A DNA stretch of 64,000 nucleotides from an uncultured archaeon. Its GTDB lineage: Archaea; Asgardarchaeota; Thorarchaeia; Thorarchaeales; Thorarchaeaceae. How positions within the stretch are numbered: position 1 is the first letter of the stretch; every line of letters begins with the position of its first letter. Position numbers and translations under genes: made by a program. Under the pieces are notes generated by a model, which saw only the letters and a list, made by a program, of their open reading frames with translations, searched no databases and was not told the DNA's origin. The stretch is taken from assembly GCA_964610875.1 (NCBI GenBank), contig CAZSWP010000001.1, positions 1-64,000 of the forward strand. The letters are read 5' to 3'. Below are positions 1-8,696 of the stretch, one piece after another.

Positions 1-11
1 TCACTAAAGAA

Positions 12-362
12 ATGTCCAACTTTGACCAGATCTCTTGTAACTGTTGGCAACCCTTATCAGTGGTTCTCTATTATTTAGACCAAACTTACGGAGGTAAAAT
101 TACATGGCTAAAACTATTCGGTGGGATAGCGTTTGTTCGACGCACATTCTTAGCATTGCCTCCCTCTGCAAAGTTTCTCTACGTTCTACTTAAGAGCACT
201 CGTCGGATGTCCCGGCAAGAGCTGATAAGTAAGACATTTCTTCCTCCTCGAACAGTCAACTATGGACTTAGTCGACTAAAAGACCTTGGTCTAATTGAGG
301 AAGAAGAAAACCGAGAAGACGCGCGCGAGAGGGTATATGTGCTTACAACAGCTCCAATGTGA
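12..362 (+). CDS. small winged-helix (MarR-like) archaeal transcriptional regulator; true start probably downstream of 12
   Basis: LPPSAKFLY...SRQELISKTFLPPRTVNYGLSRLKDLGLIEE..DARERVY matches the small archaeal wHTH family. Confidence 0.7.
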   Translation: MSNFDQISCNCWQPLSVVLYYLDQTYGGKITWLKLFGGIAFVRRTFLALPPSAKFLYVLLKSTRRMSRQELISKTFLPPRTVNYGLSRLKDLGLIEEEENREDARERVYVLTTAPM

Positions 363-525
363 GAGTCGGGCAACAAAGGCTTCGCTGTAGTAAGATATTC
401 TTCATCGAAGCCATCCCTTTTGGCAATCAACAACAAATGACTCACCACTATATAGAACGGTTAGTTCCAAAACAGTCTTAATGTGAGTGAGTTGGAATTC
501 AATGACACTCTTCGAGGCGAGTTGC

Positions 526-1884
526 ATGGACTATTATAATAAGGCTGGTGTAGAACCAATTGGTGATATAACCCGTACGCATTATACAAAAGATATTACT
601 TCCGAGAATGTGGGCAAGAAAGTAGTTCTAATGGGTTGGGTTCACATTCTACGAGATAAGGGGAAAATAAAATTCTTAGTGCTTCGTGATGAACGTGGAA
701 GTACTCAAGTAACAATCCCACAAAAGAAGGTGACAGAAGAAGTCTTTGACTTATCTGGGAACCTAAAACCTGAGATGGCTATATGTGTTGAAGGTGATGT
801 TGTTGCGACAAAGCATCTTGAATCTGGTGCTGAGGTCATACCGACCAAGATTCGAATTCTAAACACTTCGGAGAGACTACCAATAGAGATTGTAGAAGGC
901 AAAGTCTTCATTGATCTGGATACACGACTGACTCATCGGATTCTTGACCTGCGTAAACCTACTGTAAATGCTATTTTCCGGATTCAACACAGTCTTGTCC
1001 GTTTTGCACGAGAGTTCCTAGAGCAGAATGAGTTCGTTGAAATCCACACACCCAAAATTGTTGCAGAAGCAACAGAGGGTGGCGCTAATCTATTTGAAAT
1101 AAAATACTTTGAGAAGAAAGCGTATCTTGCTCAGAGCCCGCAATTCTACAAACAATTGATGCTTTTAGCAGGATTTGGACGAGTCTTTGAGATTGCTCCT
1201 GTCTTTAGAGCTGAAAAGCACAACACTCGACGACATGTAAATGAATACACATCTTTTGACTTTGAGATGGCATGGATAAGTGATGTCGAAGATGTCATGA
1301 AGATGGAAGAGCAGATGCTAGAGTACTCCTTCAGGAAGACAAAGGAACATGCTGCTGCTGAATTGGACTTACTTGAGATTGATTTCAAGATTCCAAAATT
1401 ACCATTCAAGAGGGTCAAATATATAGAAACAATCGAGTTGCTAAATGATGCTGGCAAAGATCTCAGTATTCATGATGATATAGACCCTGAAGGTGAAAAA
1501 CTACTGGGAGAGATATTCCCTGAGAAATATGATACAGACTTGGTATTCATTACTCATTATCCATTGGAACTCAGGCCTGCCTATACAATGCCGAGTCTGA
1601 CAGATGAGGGAATGACAGAGAGTTTCGACCTCACATACAAAGGAATGGAAATAACCACTGGGGGACAAAGAATTCATCTCTGCGACCTTCTGGTTGAGAG
1701 ATTCAAAGCAAAAGGCTTCAATCCAGATGCATTTGGTTTCTATCTTGACCCATTCAAATTTGGTGCACCACCTCATGGAGGCCTAGGTCTGGGTGTTGAA
1801 CGTCTAACAATGCAACTGCTTGGTATTGAAAACATACGGGAAGCCACATTACTTCCAAGGGATAGAGATCGCATTACTCCATAA
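526..1884 (+). CDS. aspS: aspartate--tRNA ligase (archaeal type)
   Basis: OB-fold N-terminus ([11 protein letters not shown]), [10 protein letters not shown], motif 2 FRAE, motif 3 [16 protein letters not shown]-terminal PRD; start moved to ATG 526. Confidence 0.93.
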   Translation: MDYYNKAGVEPIGDITRTHYTKDITSENVGKKVVLMGWVHILRDKGKIKFLVLRDERGSTQVTIPQKKVTEEVFDLSGNLKPEMAICVEGDVVATKHLESGAEVIPTKIRILNTSERLPIEIVEGKVFIDLDTRLTHRILDLRKPTVNAIFRIQHSLVRFAREFLEQNEFVEIHTPKIVAEATEGGANLFEIKYFEKKAYLAQSPQFYKQLMLLAGFGRVFEIAPVFRAEKHNTRRHVNEYTSFDFEMAWISDVEDVMKMEEQMLEYSFRKTKEHAAAELDLLEIDFKIPKLPFKRVKYIETIELLNDAGKDLSIHDDIDPEGEKLLGEIFPEKYDTDLVFITHYPLELRPAYTMPSLTDEGMTESFDLTYKGMEITTGGQRIHLCDLLVERFKAKGFNPDAFGFYLDPFKFGAPPHGGLGLGVERLTMQLLGIENIREATLLPRDRDRITP

Positions 1885-2023
1885 TTTGCTACTCACGAGT
1901 ATTAGATAGCATAGATTTGGTATTAGTCACATTCAGAAGATAATACTCCCTCTTAAAGCATCATTTGATTCATTTTTAACTACCTAGTCAACACTAGATA
2001 AAAAAAGAAAGGATTCCAGTATA

Positions 2024-2800
2024 ATGTATCACAACGTTGAAACTGAGCTTTATGCTTCCATCGCTACCCTTGACCAATTGAAGAAGCTCTATGATGTTGG
2101 CGCTGTAGATATAGTATCATATCAAAGAGAATCAGAAGCTCTTGTAAGAGAAGTGAATTCAAGAATAGAAGAACTCAGAAGATTGGGCGTTGATGTGGGT
2201 GACTTTCTAAGTTCAGAGAGAGTTCCTGACAACTTCCCTGATGCTGCATCACTCCTCAGGTTTCAAAGCAGACAACAAACCTCCTCTTCAGATGGTATGA
2301 AAATGGACCAATATTATGATAGATTAGGGCTAGCAATTCTTGATGTCGCAACATATAATGCTTCAAAAGGCCTTATGGGCCTCGCCGAACTGATTGTCGA
2401 AGTGGTGAAACGAGTTCCTGAGTTAAAATCCGTGAGCTATAATGATGTAATTGAAGCAGTAAATCGTGTTGCTGAAAATGGTCTTATCCCCGGAATCAAG
2501 ACATTACGCGGTGGAGTAAAAGTTGTAGAACTACGACCTCTTGAATTAAGGCGTGATCAAGCTGATGTTGTAAATCTGGCTGCGACAAAAGGATTTACAT
2601 CAGTTGAAGAAGTCATGGTAGAGTTGAAATGGTCTGAAGAACATGCTCGTCAAGTCTTGGGTAGTCTAGTAGACGCTGGGATGGCAGTTGCAGATATTAG
2701 GTTTAGCACTGGAGGAAGGTATTATTTTCCCGGTCTAAGAGCTAGGGATTCTCGAGCTCGGGGATATACCCAACGGTCAGATGAGCGAATGTCTGCATAG
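2024..2800 (+). CDS. Vps28 N-terminal (ESCRT-I)-like domain fused to EAP30/Vps22-Vps36 (ESCRT-II) winged-helix domains
   Basis: aa1-80 ELYASIATLDQLKKLYDVGAVDIVSYQRESEAL resembles the Vps28 N-terminal hairpin; aa95-240 DQYYDRLGLAIL...GLMGLAEL...PLELRRDQ...KGFTSV...LKWSEEHARQVLGSLVDAGMAVAD...YYFPGL aligns by eye with Snf8/EAP30; ESCRT gene context. Confidence 0.8.
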   Translation: MYHNVETELYASIATLDQLKKLYDVGAVDIVSYQRESEALVREVNSRIEELRRLGVDVGDFLSSERVPDNFPDAASLLRFQSRQQTSSSDGMKMDQYYDRLGLAILDVATYNASKGLMGLAELIVEVVKRVPELKSVSYNDVIEAVNRVAENGLIPGIKTLRGGVKVVELRPLELRRDQADVVNLAATKGFTSVEEVMVELKWSEEHARQVLGSLVDAGMAVADIRFSTGGRYYFPGLRARDSRARGYTQRSDERMSA

Positions 2801-2808
2801 AATCTGAT

Positions 2809-3537
2809 TTAGACAATTATCTTAACAGCAAATTTCTTTTTGTCCACCCATTCAGCTTGTTCTCGTTCTACAAGAACTTTGAGGACTTGTTCAATGTCCT
2901 CTTCTGGCAGACTTGCAAAGCCGATATTTGAGTGCTGTATCACAATTGTCTGGAGATCGAGTCTTAAAGTTCCTGTCTTTATGGACCACTCATAAATTTC
3001 ATCAGCCCAATCTTCTACGGGTTTCCAATAAACTCGAAGCTGGTGTCTTTTCCTATCTTTCCATATTGCAACATCATCATCCACAAGTTTTGAAGCAATT
3101 AATTTGAACGCCTTAGTCTTATTGAGGATATCTTTGAACGGATGTTCCTTTATGAAAACCGTCAGTGAGATGATATGCGCTTTATTTACTTCCGTCCACT
3201 GGAGAAGAAAATCTGCCCATTCTGAAGCCCACATCTCTTTATCTTCATCTCTTGGTGGGATTGAATACATCCATTCCGTTTCTTCAATCGTACCCCATAA
3301 CGGTGAAAGAACATCTTCCACTGCAATTTCTACAGGAGTACTATCCATTTTTTCCGTATCTGTCGTTTCTTCCTGCTCTGTTTCCCTTATCTTCACTTCT
3401 GGAATGTGAGTTTCAACTTCGGGTTCCAGCTCATATTCATCTCCGAGCTCAGGAAGGGTGACCTCTCTCCCCTCTGTCTTTTCTTTTTCAGATGTCTTGG
3501 ACTTCTCTTTTTTTCTGCGTCTTTCCCTGACGCCCAA
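2809..3537 (-). CDS. vps25: ESCRT-II subunit Vps25 homolog with charged N-terminal extension
   Basis: WMYSIPP...WADFLLQW...VYWKPVEDWADEIYEWSIKTG...FASLPEEDIEQVLKVL...AEW follows the Vps25 tandem winged-helix pattern; directly downstream of vps4. Confidence 0.85.
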   Translation of the reverse strand: MGVRERRRKKEKSKTSEKEKTEGREVTLPELGDEYELEPEVETHIPEVKIRETEQEETTDTEKMDSTPVEIAVEDVLSPLWGTIEETEWMYSIPPRDEDKEMWASEWADFLLQWTEVNKAHIISLTVFIKEHPFKDILNKTKAFKLIASKLVDDDVAIWKDRKRHQLRVYWKPVEDWADEIYEWSIKTGTLRLDLQTIVIQHSNIGFASLPEEDIEQVLKVLVEREQAEWVDKKKFAVKIIV

Positions 3538-3540
3538 GTT

Positions 3541-4776
3541 CTAGGAACCCTCCGCCCATTCGATATATTTTCTCAAATCCTCTGGTGAAGTCGCTGGACG
3601 AATATTTTCTATGGCATTAAGAAAGTCGTCACGTGAAACAGGCCGCAAATCAAAAATCTCTGTGTCATCATCCATTCTTCCTGTCCTCTGAAGGTCGCGT
3701 ATTGGTTCCATTGCAGCCTCTCTACAAATCACACTGATATCACGTCCACTATAGCCTTCACTAAGGTCTGCAAGCTCGGCGTAGTCCACATCTGGTGATA
3801 CCTCAATCTCTTCCATATGAATTTCAAAGATTCTCTCTCTTGCTTTCCTATCTGGTAGAGGAACATGAATCCGTTTTTCAAATCGTGATCTAAGAGCAAA
3901 ATCGAGCTCCCAAGGCAGGTTTGTTGCCCCAATGATGGTAATTCTCTCATCACTTCTACTTGCTAGGCCCTGTATCTCGGTGAGTAACTGTGTCTTTAGA
4001 CGTCTCTCTCCCCCAACATCATCTCCTGACCTTGCTACTCCAATAGAATCTAATTCATCAATGAAGATTATTGCAGGCTGATTTCTTCGTGCCATCTCGA
4101 AAAGCTTTCTAACAAGTCTCTCTGATTCTCCAAGCCATTTACTTACTATATTTGCAGCTGACACATTGAAGAAAGTTGCATTGACTTCAGTTGCAACAGC
4201 CTTTCCAATTAGTGTCTTACCACATCCTGCAGGGCCATAGAATAAAATACCTCTCCAAGGTTGTCTTGATTTTCCCTTGAACAATTCAGGATGCTTCATG
4301 GGTGCAAGAATGGCATCATTGATTGCTTGTTTTGCATCTTTCAAGCCTGCGACTTCATCTAATCTTACATCAGGACGTTCTGTAATTATCGTATCAGTAA
4401 TCATCTCTTGAAGACGTTTGGTATCGTCATCATCTTCTGCTTTTGTAGACGGTTCAGCTTCCACTTTATGAGTTTCAGGAGTACTATCCACTTGTGGTAT
4501 AGTTTTGAGCCCATCAACAGGGCCTCTACTCTTTTTCTTTATCCCTGAAAGATATCTGACCCGATCCACGCACTCTTCAGCACGTGCAAGATAGTGTTTC
4601 CTAACAGAAGGTAGGGCACTTGAATTTGACATCTTTATGAGAATCTTACTAGCTTTGAGATAATGTTGGCATGCTTCTTTTTTCATACCTCTCTTATCTA
4701 GCTCTATTGCCCGTTCTAGCAGATTCTTCAGACCTATATCCAATCGGTCACTGCCACTCCCTGTCATTTCACTCAC
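3541..4776 (-). CDS. vps4: Vps4 AAA+ ATPase (MIT + AAA + C-terminal helix)
   Basis: N-terminal MIT-like helices (AIELDKRG..EACQHY), Walker A GPAGCGKT, pore loop SKWLGESE, Walker B IIFIDELD, ATNLPWELD..RSRFEKR, C-terminal helix. Confidence 0.93.
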   Translation of the reverse strand: MSEMTGSGSDRLDIGLKNLLERAIELDKRGMKKEACQHYLKASKILIKMSNSSALPSVRKHYLARAEECVDRVRYLSGIKKKSRGPVDGLKTIPQVDSTPETHKVEAEPSTKAEDDDDTKRLQEMITDTIITERPDVRLDEVAGLKDAKQAINDAILAPMKHPELFKGKSRQPWRGILFYGPAGCGKTLIGKAVATEVNATFFNVSAANIVSKWLGESERLVRKLFEMARRNQPAIIFIDELDSIGVARSGDDVGGERRLKTQLLTEIQGLASRSDERITIIGATNLPWELDFALRSRFEKRIHVPLPDRKARERIFEIHMEEIEVSPDVDYAELADLSEGYSGRDISVICREAAMEPIRDLQRTGRMDDDTEIFDLRPVSRDDFLNAIENIRPATSPEDLRKYIEWAEGS

Positions 4777-4964
4777 TCATTTCTTATGGCTTTACGTTAA
4801 TAACTTAGGTGTTGCCGAGATACGTATATCATATAAACACAAGATAGATGCGCATCTTTCTCTAAGGATAAGTGTTTTTTATTAATTCAATTATTAGCAC
4901 CGAAGTATTAAATGGCAATTCGTGCTTGGACTGGTAGGGAAAAACACTTCCCGTGGTGAGTGAT

Positions 4965-5582
4965 TTGGGAATCTTCAAGAAAGCCTTTTCATGGGGTCGG
5001 AAAAAACCCGACATAAGTGAAGTTACAGGTCAGTTGCGAATAATGTCTAAACAGCTAGAACGACAACGCAACAAACTCGAAAAAGAAGAACGTGACACTA
5101 AAGCGAGAGCTATTCGCGCACGTCAAACCGGAAATCTAGAGGCATACAAAACATATGCTACAGAGATGGTTCGCTTTAGAAGAATGGCATTATCTATCGA
5201 TAGGTCGCGTCTTCAAACACTAAAGATTCTTGCTCACGTCACCCGTGCTCAAACAACTGCACAAGCGTCTCGTGCGATTGAACAAGTTGCATCAATTCTT
5301 GGAATGCTTGGTGATTCCACTGATGCAAGTAAGGTAGTTGCAAATGCAGATGAGATTGCTAGACGTCTTGAAGAATTTGAGATTGAAAGTAGCATAACTG
5401 GAGATGCATTTGATTCAACAATGGATTCACAGGTCACATCAGAGGATGTTGCAAGTGCAATGCGAGAAATTGATCGTGAAGCGGGTTTGGCAGAAGCTGA
5501 AGAAGCCACTACACAACCTGTGAGCAAGGCCGAAGAACTCGAAGAGGCTATTCGCTCTCTCGAAAAAGAACTCGGTGTATAA
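4965..5582 (+). CDS. ESCRT-III (Snf7 family, probably Vps2/24/46 class)
   Basis: N-terminal amphipathic MGIFKKAFSW (TTG start at 4965 after GGTGA), basic helical hairpin, acidic C-terminal half, MIM1-like ELEEAIRSLEKEL; divergent from vps4. Confidence 0.88.
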   Translation: MGIFKKAFSWGRKKPDISEVTGQLRIMSKQLERQRNKLEKEERDTKARAIRARQTGNLEAYKTYATEMVRFRRMALSIDRSRLQTLKILAHVTRAQTTAQASRAIEQVASILGMLGDSTDASKVVANADEIARRLEEFEIESSITGDAFDSTMDSQVTSEDVASAMREIDREAGLAEAEEATTQPVSKAEELEEAIRSLEKELGV

Positions 5583-5583
5583 T

Positions 5584-7146
5584 TTACCATCTATGCCCGC
5601 TAGAATCGCGTTTAGTACTTTCCAGTTGCTTTCTAGCTAGATAGGTGTCACGCATTAAGCCACGATATCTCCTGATGAAATCTTCGGGAACAATTCTTCT
5701 ATTTCTCATCATTTGAATTGTTTCCTCTAATGCTTCCTGCAGCGCTACGAAGTCCTGTCTAAGTTTGTAAGGATCGCTGCTCCCATTGTATGATTGGGTT
5801 GGTGGTCTTTGCCATCTGTCTGAAAGCCTATGTTTAAGTTCGTCCCTAAAACTATCCTCTCTTCGATACATGTCCTCTCTTATGAGACCCCCAACGGGTT
5901 CTCCATAGTATGGAGACCTCTCATCTCGGTATCCTGATTCAGGATGTCTTACACCTATTGGGTTCTTTGAGGAGAGCAATGCATACACAAGACTCTCTAT
6001 TTTTATCCTCACGTCACTGATATTCACATTCTGTTGTTCTATCTTCCTGACACGCTGCATATCGGATTGCACATAGCGGTCGAATTTCTTTGCTATCTCA
6101 AGGTAGTCTGGTAGAACGCGTAATGTCTGTTCACTGCAAGCAATTTTCAAATCTCCTTGTTTGAGATGAATGACCAGCTTCTTTCGTATTCTCCCATCTT
6201 CCTCGAGGGTATTAATATACATAATTGGAAAGTCGAATATGACCTCCATTTTCTTCCTTACAATACCAGTTTCAGCTAGAAATACAATTCTCTTATTTGT
6301 CACATATAATGTGCCTTGAGCTCTATCATGTCTGAGAAAATCACTGCCTGCTACTTTGATATCGGGAAATGCACATACTGGTAATTCACTCACAGATAGC
6401 TCGCACACCTCATAAAAACCAGCAAAGTGTTTCTTATAGTAGTGTAGTCCATCAAGCTGTCGATGCAGCTCTGTTAGTTCCTTGTGGGCATTACTTAATG
6501 AATCCTCTACATTCATACGATACTGTTCACCAATAGAAATGACTCGATTAGTGACACCCTCTATAAATGGGAACTGTGAAGAACTCCAACCTGGATAGTC
6601 CATAAGACCCTTTGTTTCAGCTGCAAACCTTTTCGAAACCAATTCCGCTTGATTCATAATTCTACTTTTGACAGCTTCAATCTCCTTCTGTAATGCTTCT
6701 AGTCTGTCTTCGAGCCACTTGTAATGTAGAAAGTTTGCCATCCTTAGAGATACTAGGAGTCTTTTTGCAGATACGAGTTCGTTATTGAATTCACGAAGCT
6801 TTGTATGACCGTGATGAATGGACATTATCGCCTGTCGAAGATTCTGAGCTAGGCTCCTACGTTTTTCTTCGATGCTAATCACCATCGAGGAACGACATGT
6901 TGGACATACTTCCTCCACTCGCCTGCCATTACCTAAATCCTCAGATTCACATTCAGGACATTGCTCAAATGATTCTCCTGGAGTTTGTACGCCCAGGTTG
7001 TGATGGCACTCATTGCAAACGGTATATTTTGTGGATTGACTTTCCAAACAGTCAGTGCAGAGTACTTCGCCACATTCTTCGCACATATGGGTGGCTTGAT
7101 TTGTCTGACATCTTTGACAACGCTGAATCGAGGAATCTTCTCTCAA
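5584..7146 (-). CDS. multi-zinc-finger + coiled-coil + GRAM/PH-like + steadiness-box (Vps23/Vps37 core) protein, ESCRT-I-like
   Basis: six CxxC pairs at N-terminus; long heptad region; GTLYVTNKRIVF GRAM/PH motif; C-terminal ALEETIQMMRNRRIVPEDFIRRYRGLMRDTY like the TSG101/Vps37 steadiness box; GGAGG 7 nt before TTG 7146. Confidence 0.75.
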   Translation of the reverse strand: MREDSSIQRCQRCQTNQATHMCEECGEVLCTDCLESQSTKYTVCNECHHNLGVQTPGESFEQCPECESEDLGNGRRVEEVCPTCRSSMVISIEEKRRSLAQNLRQAIMSIHHGHTKLREFNNELVSAKRLLVSLRMANFLHYKWLEDRLEALQKEIEAVKSRIMNQAELVSKRFAAETKGLMDYPGWSSSQFPFIEGVTNRVISIGEQYRMNVEDSLSNAHKELTELHRQLDGLHYYKKHFAGFYEVCELSVSELPVCAFPDIKVAGSDFLRHDRAQGTLYVTNKRIVFLAETGIVRKKMEVIFDFPIMYINTLEEDGRIRKKLVIHLKQGDLKIACSEQTLRVLPDYLEIAKKFDRYVQSDMQRVRKIEQQNVNISDVRIKIESLVYALLSSKNPIGVRHPESGYRDERSPYYGEPVGGLIREDMYRREDSFRDELKHRLSDRWQRPPTQSYNGSSDPYKLRQDFVALQEALEETIQMMRNRRIVPEDFIRRYRGLMRDTYLARKQLESTKRDSSGHRW

Positions 7147-7309
7147 CTGAAATGCCTCCAGTTTCATTTTTACTACTATTATTGCTATGAATAACCTGAG
7201 TATCACGTGGGTATTGTTCAGTTTTCAGAACCAGCGGCCGAAATATGCCCATGTCGAACTAATTATATTCAATCTCATTTGCGATTTTTATAATACTCAG
7301 GGGATATCT

Positions 7310-8695
7310 ATGGAAGAACTTGCCCAAGCTGCGATTGAAGCTGCCCTTTCCACTGGAGCTACTTTTGCTGATGTTAGAATTGAGAATAGTACTACTACGA
7401 TAATTGAAATCACAGATGGTGTGACCAAGCGATCACTTGCCTCCAGACTAAAGGGTGCAGGTATTCGTGCGTTTATAGATGGTGCGTGGGCTTTTGCTCA
7501 GACCACCGATTTGACTCCAAAGGGCATGAAAGAAACTGGCCTTTCAGTTGGAAGATTAGCTGTGACTACCAAAGATAAAGTTGCAGAGAAATTCAATATT
7601 GAAGGGACCTCCTATAATGATAGAATTGAGATGAAAACCAAGACACCCTTCGATTCAATTTCTATTGAAGAAAAGATGGAATTCGTGAAGTCAATTGATG
7701 ACCAAGCTCGTTCTTTCGATAAACGTATTGTAAACAGCCGCTCGATTTACGGTGAACTTTGGACTGAATTGTATATTGCAAATTCACTCGGTACATCTGT
7801 GTACATGGAAAACTCATTGCCTAGAATCATCTCTAATCCCACTGCAAAGGAAGGCGCAAATAGACAGCGTGCTTTCAAATCTATTGGTGTAAGAGGTGGT
7901 TTTGAAGAAATGGAAAAAGAAGCCCCTCAAAATGTAGGAGTCACAGCCGCAAAACTGGCAATTGATTTACTAGAAGCAGAGGCTGCAAAAGGTGGCAAAT
8001 TCGACGTTGTGATGGACCCTATCTTAAACGGGGTCATGGTCCACGAAGCATTTGGTCATGCTTGCGAAGCTGATAATTGGCCTGCACATGCAACAGTACT
8101 TGAGGACAAAGTTGGTGAGCAGCTGGGCCCTGAACATCTGAACCTTACGGACGACCCAACACTGGAAGGTGAACGAGGTTCCTTTGAATATGACTGGGAG
8201 GGAACTAAGACCAGAAGAAGAAACTTGGTAAAAGATGGAATTCTTACTGAGCTTCTGCATAGTCTTGAAACCAGTACAAGATTAGAGATGGACCCCAATG
8301 GTGCATCTCGTGCTCAGTCATTCATGTATTCACCTCTACCAAGAATGTCAAACACTTTCATGGAGTCTGGTGATTGGGATGTTGAAGAACTGATTCAGGA
8401 TACAAAAACAGGAGTCCTTCTATGCAGTTTCAATTATGGGTATACGGAACCTAGTAAAGGACAGTTCATGTTTCAGGCAAGTCATGGGTATATAATCGAG
8501 AATGGTGAACTTGGACAGATGGTGAGAGATGTTTCCCTTGCAGGTCAAATTCTTGATGTTCTTATGAAGATCGACGCAATTGGCAATGATTTTGAGATGG
8601 ATGCTGGCACTTGCGGAAAATCCGGTCAGGCAGTACCTGACATGAGTGGAGGACCGCATGCAAGAATAAGAGAGATTCCGGTAGGAGGTATGTGA
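7310..8695 (+). CDS. tldD: TldD-family metalloprotease
   Basis: HEAFGHACEAD zinc motif, PRMSNT, CGKSGQ; start moved to ATG 7310. Confidence 0.92.
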   Translation: MEELAQAAIEAALSTGATFADVRIENSTTTIIEITDGVTKRSLASRLKGAGIRAFIDGAWAFAQTTDLTPKGMKETGLSVGRLAVTTKDKVAEKFNIEGTSYNDRIEMKTKTPFDSISIEEKMEFVKSIDDQARSFDKRIVNSRSIYGELWTELYIANSLGTSVYMENSLPRIISNPTAKEGANRQRAFKSIGVRGGFEEMEKEAPQNVGVTAAKLAIDLLEAEAAKGGKFDVVMDPILNGVMVHEAFGHACEADNWPAHATVLEDKVGEQLGPEHLNLTDDPTLEGERGSFEYDWEGTKTRRRNLVKDGILTELLHSLETSTRLEMDPNGASRAQSFMYSPLPRMSNTFMESGDWDVEELIQDTKTGVLLCSFNYGYTEPSKGQFMFQASHGYIIENGELGQMVRDVSLAGQILDVLMKIDAIGNDFEMDAGTCGKSGQAVPDMSGGPHARIREIPVGGM

Positions 8696-8696
8696 G

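Noticed and set aside
104-193. Short ORF with strong GGAGGT upstream overlapping the first HTH gene
   Set aside because: 29 codons, no motif; cannot distinguish from chance or a start-region frameshift
526-1884. Calling AspRS discriminating versus non-discriminating
   Set aside because: The diagnostic anticodon-loop residue is not clearly assignable by eye (KHLESG)
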